In this document: positions 29,325 through 39,148 of the stretch, one piece after another
How positions within the stretch are numbered: the stretch's first letter is position 1
Layout: each line of letters starts with the position of its first letter
Source: Candidatus Hermodarchaeota archaeon
GTDB taxonomy: Archaea; Asgardarchaeota; Hermodarchaeia; Hermodarchaeales; Hermodarchaeaceae
Assembly: GCA_016839805.1 (NCBI GenBank)
Contig: JAEOTO010000008.1
Coordinates: forward strand, 1-64,000
Direction of reading: 5' to 3'
DNA: 64,000 nt
Position numbers and translations under genes: made by a program
The notes under the pieces: model-generated
The model's input: the letters and a program-made list of their open reading frames with translations, nothing else
Database searches by the model: none
What the model was told of the DNA's origin: nothing

Positions 29325-30560
29325 TTATTTCCTCACGGTGATGTATTTGATGGGGTAACGGGGGGCTTTGCCCGTGTCCTTGATTTTAAGGAGTTCTTTG
29401 TAGATAGATTTGAAGTGTTCGGGAGTGACATCCCGTCCTCCGAGCCCGCCATAGTATCCGAGGATAATGGGACGGGGGTCGTGGTCGTAGAGGGCACTGC
29501 GAATCTCATTGAAGAGAGGTCCACCGAGACTGCCGGTGGTGTGGGTGCGTTCGAAGATGCCAACGACCGGGACGTCTGCAAGGAGTTTGGCGAGTTTCTT
29601 GTCAGGGAAAGGACGGAAGGTGCGGAGTTTGAGAAGGCCTACTTTTTTACCTTGGGCACGGAGTTGTCGGGTGACAAATCGGGCAGTACCCGCGGAGCTA
29701 CCACTGGTGACGATGACAGCATCAGCATCGTTAACTTTGAAGGGTTGGAGGTAGCCATCACCGTATTTGCGTCCAGTGAGTTCAGCCCATTCGTTGTTGA
29801 TTTGGGAAATGACGGGACGAGCCTTTTCCATGGCTTCGCTATGTTGGAGCTTGGATTCCATGTAATAATCAAAAAGTTGGAGAGGGCCAATTGTGATTGG
29901 AGTTTTAGGGTCAAGTTTGAGTGGGACCTGTTTGCCGTCGATGGTGATCATCATTGGTTCGCGGCGTCCGACGAATTTGTGAGCATCGGTTTCATCCAAT
30001 AGATAAACATTTTCGAGGGTGTGGGTGAGTACAAAGCCATCTAACATGGTCATTACGGGAAGTTGGACATCAGGGTGTTCGCCGATGCGGAAAGCCTGTA
30101 AGGTGGAATCGTAGGCTTCCTGGGAGTTTTCGCAGTACATCATGATCCAGCCGGTGTCGCGTTGGGCGAGAGAGACGGTTTGGTCGCCGTGGATGTTGAT
30201 GGGTCCGCTGGGGGAACGGTCAGCGACAGCCATGACAACGGGTTGACGTATGGATGAAGTGAGGAAGATGACTTCATGCATGAGTTCGATACCGTTCGCT
30301 GCACTAGCCGTGAAGGTACGAGCGCCGGCTGCGGAAGCACCTAGACAGGCGCTAAGCGCACTGTGCTCGGATTCAACGCGGACGAATTCGGTTTCTACTT
30401 CGCCGTTGGCGACGAACTCAGCGAACTTTTCTACAATAATTGTTTGTGGGGTAATTGGGTAGGCGGCACAGACATCGACGAGTGCATGCTTGGCTGCATA
30501 GGCGACAGCTTCGTCACCGTTGATACCCATAAGAATTTGTTTAGCGGGCATGTTACTCAC
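29325..30560 (-). CDS. porA: Pyruvate/2-oxoacid:ferredoxin oxidoreductase alpha subunit
   Basis: [34 protein letters not shown]. Confidence 0.95.
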   Translation of the reverse strand: MSNMPAKQILMGINGDEAVAYAAKHALVDVCAAYPITPQTIIVEKFAEFVANGEVETEFVRVESEHSALSACLGASAAGARTFTASAANGIELMHEVIFLTSSIRQPVVMAVADRSPSGPINIHGDQTVSLAQRDTGWIMMYCENSQEAYDSTLQAFRIGEHPDVQLPVMTMLDGFVLTHTLENVYLLDETDAHKFVGRREPMMITIDGKQVPLKLDPKTPITIGPLQLFDYYMESKLQHSEAMEKARPVISQINNEWAELTGRKYGDGYLQPFKVNDADAVIVTSGSSAGTARFVTRQLRAQGKKVGLLKLRTFRPFPDKKLAKLLADVPVVGIFERTHTTGSLGGPLFNEIRSALYDHDPRPIILGYYGGLGGRDVTPEHFKSIYKELLKIKDTGKAPRYPIKYITVRK

Positions 30561-30829
30561 TCATCCTCCATTTCGATACAGTTGACTGGGCACTCTTCGG
30601 CGCAAATGCCACAGCCTTTGCAGTAATTCAAGTCGAAGTGAATGTCTTGTCCATCCCAACTGATAGCAGCATCAGGGCAGAAGATCCAGCAGGTAAGACA
30701 GCGGGTGCATTTTTCCTCATCACGGATTGGGCGTTTGCTGCGCCAGTCACCAGTTCTGTATTCGGTGGCTGGTTTCCAAGTGACTCCAGCTGGGGGGATG
30801 TCTTTAGATCCGGGTAGTTTCTTAGGCAT
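30557..30829 (-). CDS. porD: 2-oxoacid:ferredoxin oxidoreductase delta subunit (2x[4Fe-4S])
   Basis: [30 protein letters not shown]; probable start MPKK. Confidence 0.95.
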   Translation of the reverse strand: MPKKLPGSKDIPPAGVTWKPATEYRTGDWRSKRPIRDEEKCTRCLTCWIFCPDAAISWDGQDIHFDLNYCKGCGICAEECPVNCIEMEDE

Positions 30830-31391
30830 CTTTTTCCACCTCACCATGAGCGCGTTTAATGACGGTTACATTTCGCTCTCCTATGCGGTCACCAAACTGC
30901 CTGTTCACCTCTGTGAATAGGCTTTCAAGTTTTACGAGATTAGTCACTCGAATTAAGGCACCTAACATGGCTGTGTTGGCGATGGGACGTCCAATGATTT
31001 CTCGGGCTAAGTCTGTCGCAGCTAGCGTCCAGACTTCTCCTTTGAATCCAAGGGTTTTAGCCACTTTTTGGCCATCTTCTCGGGTGTTAACAATGAGTTT
31101 GGTGGTTTTATTAGTACCAGCGATAATGGTGTCCGGTACTTGAGCAAGAAGTGTCGGATCTATGACCACGACAAAGTCGGGTTCATAGACTTTGCTATGC
31201 AGTTCGATTTCCTCGCTACTTATCCGGGCAAAAGCTTCTACTGGTGCTCCGCTCCGTTCGGGTCCAAAAAAGGGAAAAGATTGAGCGTATTTGCCCTCAT
31301 GAATGGCCGCTCGAGCAAGGAGGATTGAGGCTGTCCAAGCGCCCTGGCCTCCACGACCATGAAACCGAAGGTCAATGATTCGTTCCGTCAT
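30822..31391 (-). CDS. porG: 2-oxoacid:ferredoxin oxidoreductase gamma subunit
   Basis: [26 protein letters not shown]. Confidence 0.95.
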   Translation of the reverse strand: MTERIIDLRFHGRGGQGAWTASILLARAAIHEGKYAQSFPFFGPERSGAPVEAFARISSEEIELHSKVYEPDFVVVIDPTLLAQVPDTIIAGTNKTTKLIVNTREDGQKVAKTLGFKGEVWTLAATDLAREIIGRPIANTAMLGALIRVTNLVKLESLFTEVNRQFGDRIGERNVTVIKRAHGEVEKDA

Positions 31392-31663
31392 GAGATTCTA
31401 CACCCCGTACAATTTTTGAGTGAAATTCGCTTCGATGGAGAGCTTCAAGTCTTTTATGCTTTGCTCATCCTTAGTAAATTATCTAGCTCCTAGATTTTTC
31501 TGTAAATTCCATCAAAACACGTAATATTGCAACCCAAGTGGGATTTTATTTACCGAAAGGTTTAGAAGCGCTTAAGCTCTTGTAGAGCGTGTCTAATTTG
31601 ATGATTCCAGAAAAAATGGTGTTATTGGCGAGTTTTGGAGTGAAATGCTTCGGGTGACCTAGA

Positions 31664-32572
31664 TTGTATATGAAGTATCAGGACCGGTTTGATCAACTGG
31701 AAGAATTAGGAAACCCAAGCATGGGACGTTTCATGTTATCTGAAGTACTCACAAAAATGGCGACAACATGTAAACAATGCCAAAGGGATCGAATGCGATG
31801 CACTCTACGACCGTTATGCCCAGATCGTATTTTCTTGAACATTTTAATCACTCTTGGTGCTAAAACAGCTGACTTCCCAACATTTTGTTACCAGGTCCAT
31901 CTCCGTAATCTACAGTCGTACCTCAAATCTGGAGCAAAACGAGACCATCCACTAGAACCCCGCTTCCCACTGAGTTACTTCCGTCGATTTGTGCAATTTA
32001 AAAAAGATGATCCAGAAGCGAATTTTCATGCGTTTAAAAAATATCTGGAACAGGTTACAAAGCAACCCGTTCATGGATATTCAATAGACAATCGATGGTA
32101 TTTTGGTGTCGGGAGTGGAGTATTCATTGTCGATTTAAAGCGAAATCTCGTCAGTTTAGATCCTGATGGAGATATCATTCGAAGGCCGGCTCTTGAACCC
32201 CTGATTACATTTTTAATGGAGACACAAAGAATCCAAGGAGAGATCCTAAAGGATATGCAGGATACGTGGTATCTTCGCGTTGTTTTTCCTAAATTAACTG
32301 ATACACAATTTGCTGAAACCGTACAACCAAATTTACAGAAATTAGAAGAATACTGGGCTTTTGTTCGGGTACATAACATCAACAAAAACACCCAATTTCT
32401 GATCAGTCTTGATCCTGCCCCTAACTTAGCTATTCGTCTCCAGGCGTTACGAGAAACAATAAATGTTCTCGCAGAGATTGCGAAAGCTGTTCCTAAACCG
32501 AGAAAACAGGATCAAACCATTAAAGAAAAACCTGACACAAGAATTGAATCCCCTTCAAAACCTGTCAGTTAG
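31664..32572 (+). CDS. Hypothetical protein with N-terminal Cys cluster
   Basis: CKQC-x6-C-x5-C...C; 302-aa ORF divergent from por operon. Confidence 0.75.
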   Translation: MYMKYQDRFDQLEELGNPSMGRFMLSEVLTKMATTCKQCQRDRMRCTLRPLCPDRIFLNILITLGAKTADFPTFCYQVHLRNLQSYLKSGAKRDHPLEPRFPLSYFRRFVQFKKDDPEANFHAFKKYLEQVTKQPVHGYSIDNRWYFGVGSGVFIVDLKRNLVSLDPDGDIIRRPALEPLITFLMETQRIQGEILKDMQDTWYLRVVFPKLTDTQFAETVQPNLQKLEEYWAFVRVHNINKNTQFLISLDPAPNLAIRLQALRETINVLAEIAKAVPKPRKQDQTIKEKPDTRIESPSKPVS

Positions 32573-32617
32573 ATAGTGTTTGTATTTTTCGCTTAGGACC
32601 ATCGGCTTGATATCATG

Positions 32618-33298
32618 TTAGTACTCTGATTCGGGTTTTTCCAATTCATCTTCGTCCTCAAAGCGACCTCCCAATCGTTTACCGAAATTATCAATTCCAC
32701 GTTTAGCGGATTTTTGGATGGATTTCGCCAAATCGTAGAGAAATGAGAGTACGAAGAATAATACAATGGACACTGCAAGAATTTGGAAGTAGGGTTGAAG
32801 AATGGAAATGGGAAAGGCTCCAGGTAAGAAAATGGGTGAAATGAGGATATACACAACGACTGTGAAGAAAATATAGATGAGATCTAGAGGAATTCTTCGT
32901 GGGTGAGCCCGATCAGTGGACCGCATGCCAGGAAGTCGACTCATAATAAAATCAACGAATGCATCGGCGGATTTTGCCAATTGTAATAAGGCCTCAACAC
33001 CAAAAAGGAGGATGACTAGCAGCACCCCGATTTGGATGAGTGAATACCCCGTCAAAATTTCCTGCCCGGGTGGAATAGCTGTCTCGAGAATTATTACCGG
33101 ATATTGATCAAGAAAAAAGAAGAAGGGCACAATGAAAATGTAAAAGAGCCCAAGACAAATCACAATTAATCCATTCACCAAGAATTTGGGAAATGATGTA
33201 GCTAATTGTTTGGCGACGTTGCGTTTTTCTTCCCTTGCTTTTTTCTCTTCCAATTCGGCTTTGGCTTCTTCCGACATTTCCAGTGACCTCTTTTTCAA
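32618..33298 (-). CDS. Hypothetical membrane protein (4 TM)
   Basis: Charged N-terminus, four hydrophobic helices. Confidence 0.75.
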   Translation of the reverse strand: MKKRSLEMSEEAKAELEEKKAREEKRNVAKQLATSFPKFLVNGLIVICLGLFYIFIVPFFFFLDQYPVIILETAIPPGQEILTGYSLIQIGVLLVILLFGVEALLQLAKSADAFVDFIMSRLPGMRSTDRAHPRRIPLDLIYIFFTVVVYILISPIFLPGAFPISILQPYFQILAVSIVLFFVLSFLYDLAKSIQKSAKRGIDNFGKRLGGRFEDEDELEKPESEY

Positions 33299-33378
33299 TG
33301 TTATTAGAGCACGGAGTAGACAATTAGCGTTTAAGGCTAAAAGCCTAGCTCCTCCAATACTATTGAGTGAACTAGAAG

Positions 33379-34059
33379 TTATTTCTTTTCTTCTACTTTC
33401 CCTGTTTCAAGATCAATTTGGAGTTGCCGGGAACCTTTTTGACTCGGTATATTCACAACAAGTTTATCTTCCGTCTGTTCGACTTCAACCCAGCGTACCC
33501 ATTTTCCTGTTTTATCATCAAATTTGTGAGTTTCAGCGTCTTTAACTTTTTTGAGGAAGTCTTTCAGTTCTTGTAATGTTCTGAAAGTGTATTCGCCCTT
33601 GGCACTTACAGCCTTGTAGGGGCGTAATGCAAAGGTATCTGCCACAGCTTCTCCTCCACGTGCTGGATAAGCTAGATCATGAAGGGTTACAACGCGATTT
33701 CTTTCTGAGAATTCAATAGAACAGGTTAATCGAAGACGCCCTGTTTCTCCAAAACCAGCTTTTCCAGCTAATTTTCGACAGATTGTGATGATATCAGAGG
33801 CTTCAACGGTCCCATAATGGAGCCAAAGATTGGTCAAGTTATTGATACCTGAGGCAAGCTCTCCCCAGACTACAACAACACGCCCTCGGGGTTGGTTAAA
33901 CCCTTCACCGAGAATAGCCTCCGTGGTTTTGAAGAAATCAACATCATTAGAACTTTCTGTGATTCGCACTTGAATTGAAGCGGAAACCACTTGACCCCCC
34001 GCACTTTTGGCACCACGAATCATTTCCCAAGCTTTTTCTTGTTCGATAACCTGCTTCAT
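33379..34059 (-). CDS. Hypothetical protein
   Basis: 226-aa ORF with protein-like composition; no recognised motif. Confidence 0.7.
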   Translation of the reverse strand: MKQVIEQEKAWEMIRGAKSAGGQVVSASIQVRITESSNDVDFFKTTEAILGEGFNQPRGRVVVVWGELASGINNLTNLWLHYGTVEASDIITICRKLAGKAGFGETGRLRLTCSIEFSERNRVVTLHDLAYPARGGEAVADTFALRPYKAVSAKGEYTFRTLQELKDFLKKVKDAETHKFDDKTGKWVRWVEVEQTEDKLVVNIPSQKGSRQLQIDLETGKVEEKK

Positions 34060-34202
34060 ATTAATTATCCCCGTTCTCGCTTACACCAAAGACATACGCT
34101 TAAACTTTCCGTATCAGAAACAAAAGAATTAAGGCATAGCAAATCAGATTGAGGAAAGAACAAGTTTCCGTTAATATAAATCGCATAAATGTGAAGCTGT
34201 AA

Positions 34203-34751
34203 ATGTCATCTCGAATTAGAAGCCTTGTGCGTCTCGTTTCACGATTGCGTCGTTCAGGTCGCGTAGCTCTACTTATCGATGGCCCCAACGTTTTACGACG
34301 AGAATTTGAAGTTCGTTTAGATGACTTGAAAAACAGTATTGAAGAACTAGGGAAAATTGGTGTTGCGAAAGTTTATTTGAATGAGAGAGCAAGCGTTAAA
34401 TTACTGGAGGCTATATCAAATAGTGGTTTCACGCCAGTGATAACGACTTCAGATGTTCACCTTCACATGGCTGTGGATTCTATAGATCTTGTTCTTGGTG
34501 ACGCGACAAAGCTTCTCGCGATTTTTAGTCGCCATGCCCGAGTGGCACCCATACTTCGCCGTGCTCGTGAACATGGGCTCGAAACTATTACAATCGGTTT
34601 CGAACCTGGTTTTAGTGTTGCAGTCCAAAATGCTGCTGATCATGTGCTCCGACTGGATCGCCCGCTTGAATACCAAATTCGTGTAATCAAAGGGAAGGAA
34701 AAGAAGGATAACAAAGAAGATCAAGGCGATGATTGGGACCTTGATGCCTAG
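34203..34751 (+). CDS. NYN domain protein (TIGR00288-like)
   Basis: LLIDGPNVLR, DVHLHMAVD, GFEPGFS..QNAAD; some acidic catalytic positions look degenerate. Confidence 0.85.
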   Translation: MSSRIRSLVRLVSRLRRSGRVALLIDGPNVLRREFEVRLDDLKNSIEELGKIGVAKVYLNERASVKLLEAISNSGFTPVITTSDVHLHMAVDSIDLVLGDATKLLAIFSRHARVAPILRRAREHGLETITIGFEPGFSVAVQNAADHVLRLDRPLEYQIRVIKGKEKKDNKEDQGDDWDLDA

Positions 34752-34812
34752 ATTCTGCTCCTGACTCCATAAGCTTGAATAATGAGGGGTTCATGGGAGT
34801 AATTGTTATGTG

Positions 34813-35523
34813 TTAGACGAGTACGCTGCGGATTTCTTCTTTTGTAAGCTGTGTGAATTCTCGCTTGTCAGTATCTACAATTGAGATTTCCATGGCTTCT
34901 TCGTCGAGCTTCTCTTCGACAACCTGTCGGAGCGTATCGATGCATAACTTGACTGCTGCAGGCATCAGTTTCATTGTTGGCTTGTAATTCTTTGCCAAGT
35001 ATTCCCGAGCAGCTTCAGAATTATAGCCGATCGCGGTTGCCCGCCAACTCCAATAGGAACCAGAAGGATCAGTGGTAAAGATTTGTGGACCTTGTGAGTC
35101 CACACCAGCAATCAATAATGAAACACCAAAGGGTCGAATACCACCAACCTGTGTATAGTTCTGTTTCAGATCACATACCTTCTTGGTCAGAACTTCTACA
35201 TCAATGGGTTCACCATAAGTAATGAGGTTAATTTGACTCTGTACCCGAGAAAAATCCACAAGAACACGAGCATCCGCATGAAGCCCAGCAATTGCACACC
35301 CTATATGCTTATCCACAACATAGATTTTCTGAATCTGATCCAAGTCCATTAAGGGTGAAGTAGCTTCTTTATGGACACCAATAACAGCACCATTGGCAGC
35401 TTTAATCCCAATAGCAGTCTTTCCTCGACGTACAGCTTCGAGAGCATACTCAACTTGATACAATCTACCTTCAGGGGAAAAGATAGTAATTGCACGATCG
35501 TAAGCGAGACTTCGTTCCATCAT
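34813..35523 (-). CDS. psmA: Proteasome subunit alpha
   Basis: YDRAITIFSPEGRLYQVEYA, GGIRPFGVSLL, TDPSG. Confidence 0.97.
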   Translation of the reverse strand: MMERSLAYDRAITIFSPEGRLYQVEYALEAVRRGKTAIGIKAANGAVIGVHKEATSPLMDLDQIQKIYVVDKHIGCAIAGLHADARVLVDFSRVQSQINLITYGEPIDVEVLTKKVCDLKQNYTQVGGIRPFGVSLLIAGVDSQGPQIFTTDPSGSYWSWRATAIGYNSEAAREYLAKNYKPTMKLMPAAVKLCIDTLRQVVEEKLDEEAMEISIVDTDKREFTQLTKEEIRSVLV

Positions 35524-35564
35524 TGCAGTTCGACCTCTGGTAATGGCACGTTCACTCTGTGGAG

Positions 35565-35573
35565 TTATAAAAG
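35565..35573 (-). promoter_or_regulatory. Archaeal TATA box of psmA
   Basis: CTTTTATAA on minus strand ~42 nt upstream of ATG. Confidence 0.45.
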
Positions 35574-35639
35574 TTTGTCTCTAACATCAATAGAGCTTCT
35601 GTAAAATTGAAAATAGAATGAAAGGAAAAGAGAATCAAC

Positions 35640-35674
35640 TGGGATGAAGCACAGTGAAAAAAAACTTCATCCCA
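35640..35674. repeat. 10-bp inverted repeat with A-rich loop (possible minus-strand terminator)
   Basis: TGGGATGAAG-cacagtgaaaaaaaa-CTTCATCCCA; T-rich run follows on the minus strand. Confidence 0.55.
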
Positions 35675-36081
35675 ATTGGATTGGAATTATCCTCGTTTTG
35701 ATTCCCTGAGAAAGGGAGTAAGCAGTATTTTGAGGATTCGCAAGCCGATTAAGAGAGTGCTTTTGCTGTGTTTTTCCCGCATGGAACACACCCTCACTAG
35801 CAAGGAGCTGGTAAACGGTGACTTTTATTTGTTTTTTGCCAGTTCTTGTCTTCAAAAAGAGGATTTAGGAGGTCGCAATACCACTCTAAACCTGAATTTT
35901 TGAGCGCCAAAGCTTTGCTTTCCCCATCACTACGAAAAACCAAAACAGACATTCGCCTTTTAGCTAGCTTGTCAACCATCAACCTCAGAAATTCATTCGA
36001 ATATTATATGACTTTCTGATGAAACGTAATGCTTTTACTGAGGAGGCACAACCGTGCCCATTATTGGATGTGTAATCGACT

Positions 36082-37401
36082 ATGGCACGAACACGCGTAA
36101 TTATCATGGGTGCAGCTGGACGCGACTTCCATAACTTCAATGTCTATTTTCGAGACAATGAGAAATATGAAGTTGTGGCATTCACAGCCACCCAAATTCC
36201 AGGTATTGAAGAACGTAACTACCCCCCAGTTCTTGCTGGAAAACTCTATCCAAAAGGTATTCCAATTTTTCCTGAAGAACAGCTGCCAAAGCTCGTAAAG
36301 GAATTTGATGTGGAGCAGGTGATTTTTGCCTATAGTGATATTGCTCACCTAGATGTTATGCATCTTGCCTCTTGGGTTCATTCAATAGGTGCTGATTTCC
36401 GGTTAATGGGACCAAGTACTACAATGATAGAGAGTAAGAAACCGCTCGTAGCGATTTGTGCGGTTCGGACGGGTTCAGGAAAGAGCCAGACTAGCCGCCG
36501 AGTCGTTCAAATTCTTCGTGAAAAGGGCTTGAAGGTTGTAGTAATTCGACATCCTATGCCTTATGGGGACCTAGCAGAACAAGTCTGTCAACGCTTTGAA
36601 ACTATTGATGATCTCAAGAAGCATAAGACCACCATAGAAGAAATGGAAGAATACGAACCTCATATCGATCGAGGAGCCATTGTCTATGCTGGAGTCGATT
36701 ATGGAAAAATCCTTGAGGAAGCTGAAAAGGAAGCAGACGTCATTATCTTCGATGGTGGCAATAACGACTTTCCATTTTACGTGCCAGACATCCACATTGT
36801 AATAGCCGATCCACATCGAGCAGGCCATGAAGTCATGTATCACCCAGGCGAAACGAATCTTCGAATGGCCGATGTTGTAATCATCAACAAGGTCGACACG
36901 GCTGAACCTGAGTGTATTGAACAGGTTCGTCGGACAATTCGCGTGGTAAATCCACGGACTACCATTATTGATGCGGCCTCACCTCTCTTTGTTGATAATC
37001 CTGAAGCCATCCGTGGAAAACGGGCTCTTGTCGTCGAGGATGGTCCAACACTGACTCATGGTGAGATGGAATTTGGGGCTGGATGGGTGGCTGCTGAGAA
37101 GTATGGAGCTGCAGAGATTATTGATCCTCGTCCGTATGCTGTGGGGTCAATTAAGGCTACCTTCGAGAAATATGGTCATCTTAGCGAAATCTTACCAGCC
37201 ATGGGTTATGGTGATAAGCAGGTCAAAGAACTCGAACAAACGATTGATGCGGTTGATGCTGATGTTGTTGTGATTGGTACTCCAATCGATTTAGGTCGCG
37301 TTGTCAAAATAAACAAACCCTCAGTTCGAGTCCGCTATGAGCTCCAAGAAATCGGTAAACCAACCCTCATAGATGTCTTCAAAGACTTTCCGAAGAAGTA
37401 G
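36082..37401 (+). CDS. COG2403 P-loop protein (cyclic 2,3-diphosphoglycerate synthetase-like; probable arginine synthetase ArcE)
   Basis: IMGAAGRDFHNFN, RTGSGKSQTS, RHPMPYG, EEYEPH, DGGNND, VEDGPTLTHG, LPAMGY. Confidence 0.85.
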   Translation: MARTRVIIMGAAGRDFHNFNVYFRDNEKYEVVAFTATQIPGIEERNYPPVLAGKLYPKGIPIFPEEQLPKLVKEFDVEQVIFAYSDIAHLDVMHLASWVHSIGADFRLMGPSTTMIESKKPLVAICAVRTGSGKSQTSRRVVQILREKGLKVVVIRHPMPYGDLAEQVCQRFETIDDLKKHKTTIEEMEEYEPHIDRGAIVYAGVDYGKILEEAEKEADVIIFDGGNNDFPFYVPDIHIVIADPHRAGHEVMYHPGETNLRMADVVIINKVDTAEPECIEQVRRTIRVVNPRTTIIDAASPLFVDNPEAIRGKRALVVEDGPTLTHGEMEFGAGWVAAEKYGAAEIIDPRPYAVGSIKATFEKYGHLSEILPAMGYGDKQVKELEQTIDAVDADVVVIGTPIDLGRVVKINKPSVRVRYELQEIGKPTLIDVFKDFPKK

Positions 37402-37417
37402 GCAAAACCGTCTGAAT

Positions 37418-38356
37418 CTATGCATTAGTAATCCGTAACCCACGCAGAGTGAGCCAAGGACTACCAATTTGCTTTCCTCGTTGTGGAGGTAATATTGTGA
37501 GAGGCCAGTGCTTTTTAATGTACTGAGGTTTCCAAGTGATACCATTCAAACAACGTGATCCAATGGCATTCAAGGTTTTTTTGAGTACTGGGTGATTTTT
37601 CAATCCACTAAGGATCAGAGCTTCGGCGGCTTCGAAAATACTGCTTTGATAAGAACGGAAGTATCCAAACTTCATCCAATTAACATTAGGTTCTGGATTA
37701 CGTCGTGGGAAATCAGCGGTTGAGAGATCATAACCAAGAAGGTAGTCTTGGATGTTCTTCACAGCGGTCTTGTAGGTTTTTCCTCGCCAATGGGATGGAT
37801 ATTCGTTTAACCAACGGAGTGTATGAACCATGACATAAGCGCATGGATTACCGTCGGTACGTACATGACATTCACCCGCACGATTCACATTAAATTCAAG
37901 ATATTCTTCACAAGCCTGCTTCACGAAATCTTCTTGCGCAAAGCCTAAGGCGAGAACAGCACGGAGAAATCGCATATTCGCACATTTATTGATTTTACCA
38001 CTGCTTGCAAGAAAAGCCCCATCTCCTCTTTTATAATTTAAAAACGGATGATTCACTGCATTAACGAGTTGCGGGATATACGTACCATTAAGACCCAAAT
38101 ATCCGAAGAAAGAAATGACCTCTTGAAAACTGATAAACGTCCGCTGACGGTTTTTTTCGATCCAAGGACCGAGTGCATTCTTAAGATGAGGTAGTAATTT
38201 TTCTTGTTGTTCCAGGAACGCTGAATCGTTTGTCACGACTTTTTGGATGTCACGAAGATGAAGAAGCTTAACGAACTCACCAATTATTGGATGCTCATAA
38301 TTGATGAGATATTCTTCAGCTTTGTTTGGAAAAAACCCAGTCAGGGTAACAGACAT
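37418..38356 (-). CDS. Hypothetical protein, prenyltransferase/terpene cyclase-like alpha barrel family
   Basis: C...NPC, WMKFGY..YQS, SPWLTLRGL motifs. Confidence 0.6.
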   Translation of the reverse strand: MSVTLTGFFPNKAEEYLINYEHPIIGEFVKLLHLRDIQKVVTNDSAFLEQQEKLLPHLKNALGPWIEKNRQRTFISFQEVISFFGYLGLNGTYIPQLVNAVNHPFLNYKRGDGAFLASSGKINKCANMRFLRAVLALGFAQEDFVKQACEEYLEFNVNRAGECHVRTDGNPCAYVMVHTLRWLNEYPSHWRGKTYKTAVKNIQDYLLGYDLSTADFPRRNPEPNVNWMKFGYFRSYQSSIFEAAEALILSGLKNHPVLKKTLNAIGSRCLNGITWKPQYIKKHWPLTILPPQRGKQIGSPWLTLRGLRITNA

Positions 38357-38562
38357 GGAGATTCCCTCGGCAAGAATTTACAAAGTCTATCTCTGATTAA
38401 GGTCTTAATATTTGTGAGAGTTCGAAGCTGAGTTCCTTTTCAACGGGTCTCTTGATGTCAAAAATTATGTAAATTGATCATTCTTAGAGGTCTTTTAGGA
38501 ATTACTGAGTACCATTCGTTAATTCATTGACTTTTTGAAGCGAAAAATCAACGAGGTCTAGT

Positions 38563-39138
38563 ATGAATAAAGAACAGAAATCGAAGAAGATGACTGCACT
38601 GAGTACTGCGACTCTTGGAGGTGGCTGTTTTTGGTGCACAGAAGCAGTGTTTAACCGAATAAATGGTGTATTGAAAGTTGAGTCAGGGTATTCAGGAGGC
38701 ACCGTAGAAAATCCGACTTATCAACAGGTTAGTACTGGACGTACTGGGCATGTTGAAGTAATTCAGATTACCTTTGATCCCACGGTTATCACCTTTCGAG
38801 AGATACTGGAAATCTTCTTTGCAACACATGATCCTACTACGTTGAATCGGCAGGGAAACGATTTTGGTACGCAATATAGATCAGTCATTTTTTATCACGA
38901 TCAAGAACAGAGGAACGTTGCTGATGAAATGATTAAGGAATTGGACCGGTCAAAGACCTACAAGGCGCCTATTGTAACAACTGTTGAGCCCTTTACCACT
39001 TTTTATCCTGCGGAGGATTATCATAAGGACTATTTTAAACGGAATCCAAATGAGGGTTATAGCCAATTTGTGATTGCTCCCAAACTTGTGAAACTCGAAA
39101 AAGGGTTTTTGGATAAGTTACAAGAGTATTCAGAATGA
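38563..39138 (+). CDS. msrA: Peptide-methionine (S)-S-oxide reductase
   Basis: [33 protein letters not shown]. Confidence 0.97.
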   Translation: MNKEQKSKKMTALSTATLGGGCFWCTEAVFNRINGVLKVESGYSGGTVENPTYQQVSTGRTGHVEVIQITFDPTVITFREILEIFFATHDPTTLNRQGNDFGTQYRSVIFYHDQEQRNVADEMIKELDRSKTYKAPIVTTVEPFTTFYPAEDYHKDYFKRNPNEGYSQFVIAPKLVKLEKGFLDKLQEYSE

Positions 39139-39148
39139 GTTTCAAATG

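Noticed and set aside
28753-30002. Long alternative-frame and antisense ORFs over porB/porA (156, 163, 253 aa)
   Set aside because: Expected shadows of biased codon usage; no protein-family motifs
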